From an uncultured virus (IMG/VR IMGVR_UViG_3300020048_000095) (taxonomy: Duplodnaviria; Heunggongvirae; Uroviricota; Caudoviricetes), in the IMG/VR virus record IMGVR_UViG_3300020048_000095: a stretch of 20,000 nucleotides of DNA; one strand, 5' to 3'. The notes under the pieces are model-generated. The model saw only the letters and a program-made list of their open reading frames with translations. It did no database searches and was not told where the DNA came from. Each line of letters opens with the position of its first letter. The stretch's first letter is position 1. Position numbers and translations under genes: made by a program. Positions 17,097 through 20,000 of this stretch are shown here, one piece after another.

Positions 17097-17125
17097 TATT
17101 CTATAATTATTTACTATTTCCCTTT
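17097..17125 (-). promoter_or_regulatory. Late-type promoter AAAGG-N19-GAATA upstream of RHH-tnpB
   Basis: Minus strand AAAGG gaaatagtaaataattata GAATA, 9 nt before ATG 17087. Confidence 0.55.
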
Positions 17126-17183
17126 ATTTTTCTTTCAAAAAAATAAAATAAGTTTGTCTATTTATGTATTGAAATGTCAAGAT

Positions 17184-17564
17184 TTAATCTAAGCAGTCCC
17201 AAAACCAATCACAAAACCTATCCCATAAACTAACATTCATCCTGTAAACCCTCCGACGATTCAATATCTTACACCTATATAACTCAGCATCTTCTACTAT
17301 ATCTGGATTTATACTCCCCCAATCCCCTAAATGACCAAATACAAAATGACACCGAGTACTACCACCACATAAAGTAATCAAATTACTAGATTCCAATTCT
17401 AACTCAGGAAAACTACTGTAATCCTTGATATGATGTACCTCTAAATGATTGGAACGACCACAAACTTGACAAAAAGGCTGCTTATTTAAATGAGTTCGCC
17501 GTACACTACCCCAACTCCTAGATCTAGAAAAACCTTTACTTATATATTCCCTGTATATACTCAC
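17184..17564 (-). CDS. HNH endonuclease
   Basis: CQVCG..LEVHHIKD..NLITLC..CHFVFGH. Confidence 0.9.
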   Translation of the reverse strand: MSIYREYISKGFSRSRSWGSVRRTHLNKQPFCQVCGRSNHLEVHHIKDYSSFPELELESSNLITLCGGSTRCHFVFGHLGDWGSINPDIVEDAELYRCKILNRRRVYRMNVSLWDRFCDWFWDCLD

Positions 17565-17566
17565 AT

Positions 17567-18379
17567 CTACCCCTGCTTGTAATACCCGAAAAACTCAACC
17601 ACACTACTCTTAAATTGATTTCCACCTGCCACCATACGACTTATTATGTCTGGATACTCCCTCAACTCAGGTCGCCTATTAACAATATCCTGAGCATTAT
17701 TTAAAAATTTAACATAATTAGCCAATTTTATGTCACTACCAAATGTCTGTACCAATTTATTGAAATCCAAAACAGCATCATTAGGAAATTGTTTGTAATA
17801 TTGATATGCAAACTGCTTCGCATAGGCTGCTATCTCATTCCCATCTAACATATAATTAATTGTACTTATAATCCCATCTTCAGAATCTACACCAGTCCCA
17901 CCACTATCACCATGCTTAATATGTTGCACCTCATGCTGAAGAGATACATTATATGTCCCATCTATAACCTTTTCAAACGGCATCTCTATACCAATAACCC
18001 TATCACCATTCCTCGCTAAACCAGGATCAATTCTTGGCTTTATCGTTATCATGAAATCAGCATTTAATTGAGGAAATATCTTTTGTAACTCATGGGAAAC
18101 ACTAGTCCTATAATTCCACGCACTATCCTTCCGAAAAGAACTAGGCTTGAAATTCCGCATAAAATCAGAAATACCTATGTTAGAATCGTTTAATGCCGCA
18201 TATTGACTGCGAATCTCTTCAAAACAACCCTTTAAATGAACATATATAGCCTTTAAAGCCATCTCAATTGAGCTATACGATATATCTTCATAATATAAAT
18301 AATTCCAGTCATATGCGTTTTTATCCTTTGCTAGTTTTGAAATTGAAAAATATCCCCACCCGGAAAAAAAAATCAACAA
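17567..18379 (-). CDS. Zincin-like HExxH metallopeptidase-like protein (start uncertain)
   Basis: LQHEVQHIKH followed by Y..DGNEIAAYA; the annotated TTG start lies inside a DNA repeat. Confidence 0.6.
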   Translation of the reverse strand: MLIFFSGWGYFSISKLAKDKNAYDWNYLYYEDISYSSIEMALKAIYVHLKGCFEEIRSQYAALNDSNIGISDFMRNFKPSSFRKDSAWNYRTSVSHELQKIFPQLNADFMITIKPRIDPGLARNGDRVIGIEMPFEKVIDGTYNVSLQHEVQHIKHGDSGGTGVDSEDGIISTINYMLDGNEIAAYAKQFAYQYYKQFPNDAVLDFNKLVQTFGSDIKLANYVKFLNNAQDIVNRRPELREYPDIISRMVAGGNQFKSSVVEFFGYYKQG

Positions 18380-18550
18380 ATCCTACAGAAACTCAAAATT
18401 TGCCCCTTTAAATGACCAGATACCTAGTTTTATAATCGAAAAATATCCCCACCCGGAAAAAAAAATCAACAATTCCTATGGGAAATCAAAAATTTATAAT
18501 CGTTTTTTATTCCCGGGTGTAAAAAAAATCAACAATTCCCACCAGAAAAT
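18331..18550. repeat. Three degenerate direct repeats
   Basis: ctagtttt..aat.gaaaaatatccccacccggaaaaaaaaatcaacaa.tcc starts at 18331 and 18424 (93-bp period); a third copy keeps aaaaaaaatcaacaattcc at ~18521-18539. Confidence 0.85.
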
Positions 18551-18673
18551 GACTTTTTTATAAAACCAAATCTATGTTTCATTTTAAAGGTTCGCTCAAC
18601 ACAGCGGTAGGGCACCCCCTGAACCCAAAAACGATTTTTACTTCATAAGGGTATTAGCCTATGCCTTTTCAAT

Positions 18674-18903
18674 ATTTTATCATATTTTTCCCTATATGTC
18701 AAGCAAAAAATTAAATTATTTTTGCGTATGATAACATATATTTTCTCCCATGTCAAGCATATACTTTCTGGCGTGAAGTTCTTATCCCATAGCCTATATG
18801 TTTCTGCGTATGATACCATATACCTAAGTGGTTGTCAAGCAAATAGTTAAATTATTTTCTATGTGTTATTGCGTATGATATCACATAGTTATTGGCAAGT
18901 CAA
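18674..18903 (-). promoter_or_regulatory. Four tandem consensus sigma70 promoters firing leftwards
   Basis: TTGACA-17-TAAAAT (18702..18674), TTGACA-17-TATCAT (18756..18728), TTGACA-17-TATCAT (18838..18810), TTGACT-17-TATCAT (18903..18875); all have TGn extended -10 and are preceded by TGC. Confidence 0.85.
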
Positions 18904-19226
18904 GCATAAAGTTTTTATTTCTTTATGCTTGACATATTGATTTGCTTGTGCTAGTAGTCGTAAACGCTTTCCATGTTTTGCTTGTACTCGTTGAATGATT
19001 CCAGCACGTCTGTTTCAGTGTGCATCGGGGTGTTTTTGTTGTACGTTGTTACTTCTTTGTTAGAGCTTCGTACGACTACCACAATCTTTTTGCTGCATTT
19101 TTTGTTAGCCATGATTTTCCTTTCGTTTCGGTTATCAAACTATCTCATCTTGAATACTAATAGATTAACACAAATATATGTTCAAGTCAAGCATAAAGTT
19201 TTTATTTCTTTATGCTTGACATATTG
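18896..19226. repeat. 44-bp exact direct repeat containing a 13-bp-arm inverted repeat
   Basis: caagtcaagcataaagtttttatttctttatgcttgacatattg at 18896-18939 and 19183-19226; arms gtcaagcataaag / ctttatgcttgac with a 9-nt loop. Confidence 0.93.
18951..19112 (-). CDS. Small hypothetical early-type protein, 53 aa (missing from ORF track)
   Basis: MANKKCSKKIVVVVRSSNKEVTTYNKNTPMHTETDVLESFNEYKQNMESVYDY; RBS GAAAGG; own promoter TTGACT-17-TAATCT (19190..19162). Confidence 0.75.
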   Translation of the reverse strand: MANKKCSKKIVVVVRSSNKEVTTYNKNTPMHTETDVLESFNEYKQNMESVYDY

Positions 19227-19232
19227 TTCGTG

Positions 19233-19370
19233 TTAGTATCCGCCAGTGAAGGTCAACACCCATTTGGTTTCGCTGATTTTCTCTACGGTAAACTTTGCGG
19301 TGCATCCCGTAAACTCTTTGAGGAATGTGGCAAGGTCTGCTAGGTTATCGAAGTTAATTGTTCCGTCCAT
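19233..19370 (-). CDS. Small hypothetical early-type protein, 45 aa (missing from ORF track)
   Basis: MDGTINFDNLADLATFLKEFTGCTAKFTVEKISETKWVLTFTGGY; RBS GAAAGG; own promoter TTGCAA-17-TACAGT (19449..19421). Confidence 0.75.
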   Translation of the reverse strand: MDGTINFDNLADLATFLKEFTGCTAKFTVEKISETKWVLTFTGGY

Positions 19371-19459
19371 GGTGTTTACCTTTCGTTTCGGTGTTGCTCT
19401 ATCTCATACTGAATACTAATACTGTATCATAGCTCCGTATGGATTGCAAGCTAATTCTT

Positions 19460-19849
19460 TTAGTATTCGCTGGGTAGCATAACGCAATATGTATTTTCAT
19501 CGCAGGGGGCGCAATAGAGTTTGATTGATTCTAGGGGGAAATCGGTGAAGGGGATTTTCTGTGTGATAGCTATGTTGTCGGTGTCGCGTTCGCAAATGAG
19601 GGTGGCTTTATGGCCTTTGACCGTGAGCGTCCAGAATTGCATTTCCTGAAGCATTTCGTCTTTCATACAGGTGCGGTGGTAGGAGGCGATTGCGTCCATA
19701 AGCCAATAAGCACCAGCCTTTTCTGCGAGGTACTTTGCGCCGTCTGTGAGTACGTGCTTGTGGAAGAGGGAAGACCAGCGGTGATATTCTTGTGTGCCTG
19801 TGAACTGGTTGAGGTTTGCTTGGAGTTCGATTTTCTGATTAGCGTTCAT
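19460..19849 (-). CDS. DUF6876-like protein
   Basis: LNQFTGT..Y..LTDGAKYLAEKAGAYWLMDAIAS..QFWTL..QKIPFTDFPL..LPSEY signature; own promoter TTGCAA-17-TAATAT (19922..19894). Confidence 0.7.
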   Translation of the reverse strand: MNANQKIELQANLNQFTGTQEYHRWSSLFHKHVLTDGAKYLAEKAGAYWLMDAIASYHRTCMKDEMLQEMQFWTLTVKGHKATLICERDTDNIAITQKIPFTDFPLESIKLYCAPCDENTYCVMLPSEY

Positions 19850-20000
19850 ATATTGTCTTTCTGTTTAAACCCTATCTCATATTGAATAGATATATATTAG
19901 ACTATTTATGGGGTAATTGCAAGCTAATTCGTATTGTATTTTCTGGCGTGGGGATTCATTCAGTGGGATATGGGGGTTATGGTAAAGTTCACGCCAGAAA

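Noticed and set aside
18589..18625. tRNA or known ncRNA in the GC-rich foldable patch
   Set aside because: Too short and lacks tRNA D/T-loop signatures; kept only as part of the origin hypothesis.
18331..18940. Possible CRISPR array for the nearby TnpB/Cas12f-like nuclease
   Set aside because: Repeats are degenerate with irregular periods, the right-hand set resolves into -35/-10 promoter boxes, and no cas1/cas2 is present in the window.
18973..19885. Plus-strand ORFs 18973..19236 and 19610..19885
   Set aside because: Antisense to minus-strand genes that have clear promoters and conserved 5' UTRs.
1..20000. Stop-codon reassignment as seen in some large phages
   Set aside because: Long genes are intact in the standard code, and TAG, TGA and TAA all end genes at tight junctions (e.g. 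TAG at 1897, 2829 and 17567).

Overview
AT-rich, gene-dense window that reads as part of a large (jumbo-type) bacteriophage genome. No capsid, terminase or other hallmark gene lies inside it, so the phage call is an inference. From 1 to ~14.9 kb, about 14 ORFs with mostly unrelated bodies share short terminal peptide tags: 'MKIYRIA'-type, 'SKxxWxxxGxxxGW'-type and 'NWYKKAQ/FNLKKY'-type. These tagged ORFs encode about six ADP-ribosyltransferase-fold proteins, two kinase-like proteins, a Nudix hydrolase, a J-domain protein and a small protein that appears to carry a captured fragment of bacterial RpoB. Several of their transcription units follow one promoter-like motif, AAAGG-N18/19-GAA(T/A)A. 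My main hypothesis is a tag-addressed arsenal of virion-packaged effectors, analogous to T4 capsid-targeted internal proteins. Untagged genes include a DUF115/MptE-like enzyme, a SAM methyltransferase, a stand-alone tandem PAS protein, a P-loop-like protein, an RHH+TnpB cassette, an HNH nuclease and an HExxH peptidase. At ~18.3-18.9 kb there are degenerate direct repeats, an apparent GC-skew switch and four tandem consensus sigma70 promoters (candidate origin or genome-entry end). These are followed by small single-gene cassettes, each with its own sigma70 promoter and a conserved 5' UTR. All family assignments come from reading motifs by eye; no searches were run.
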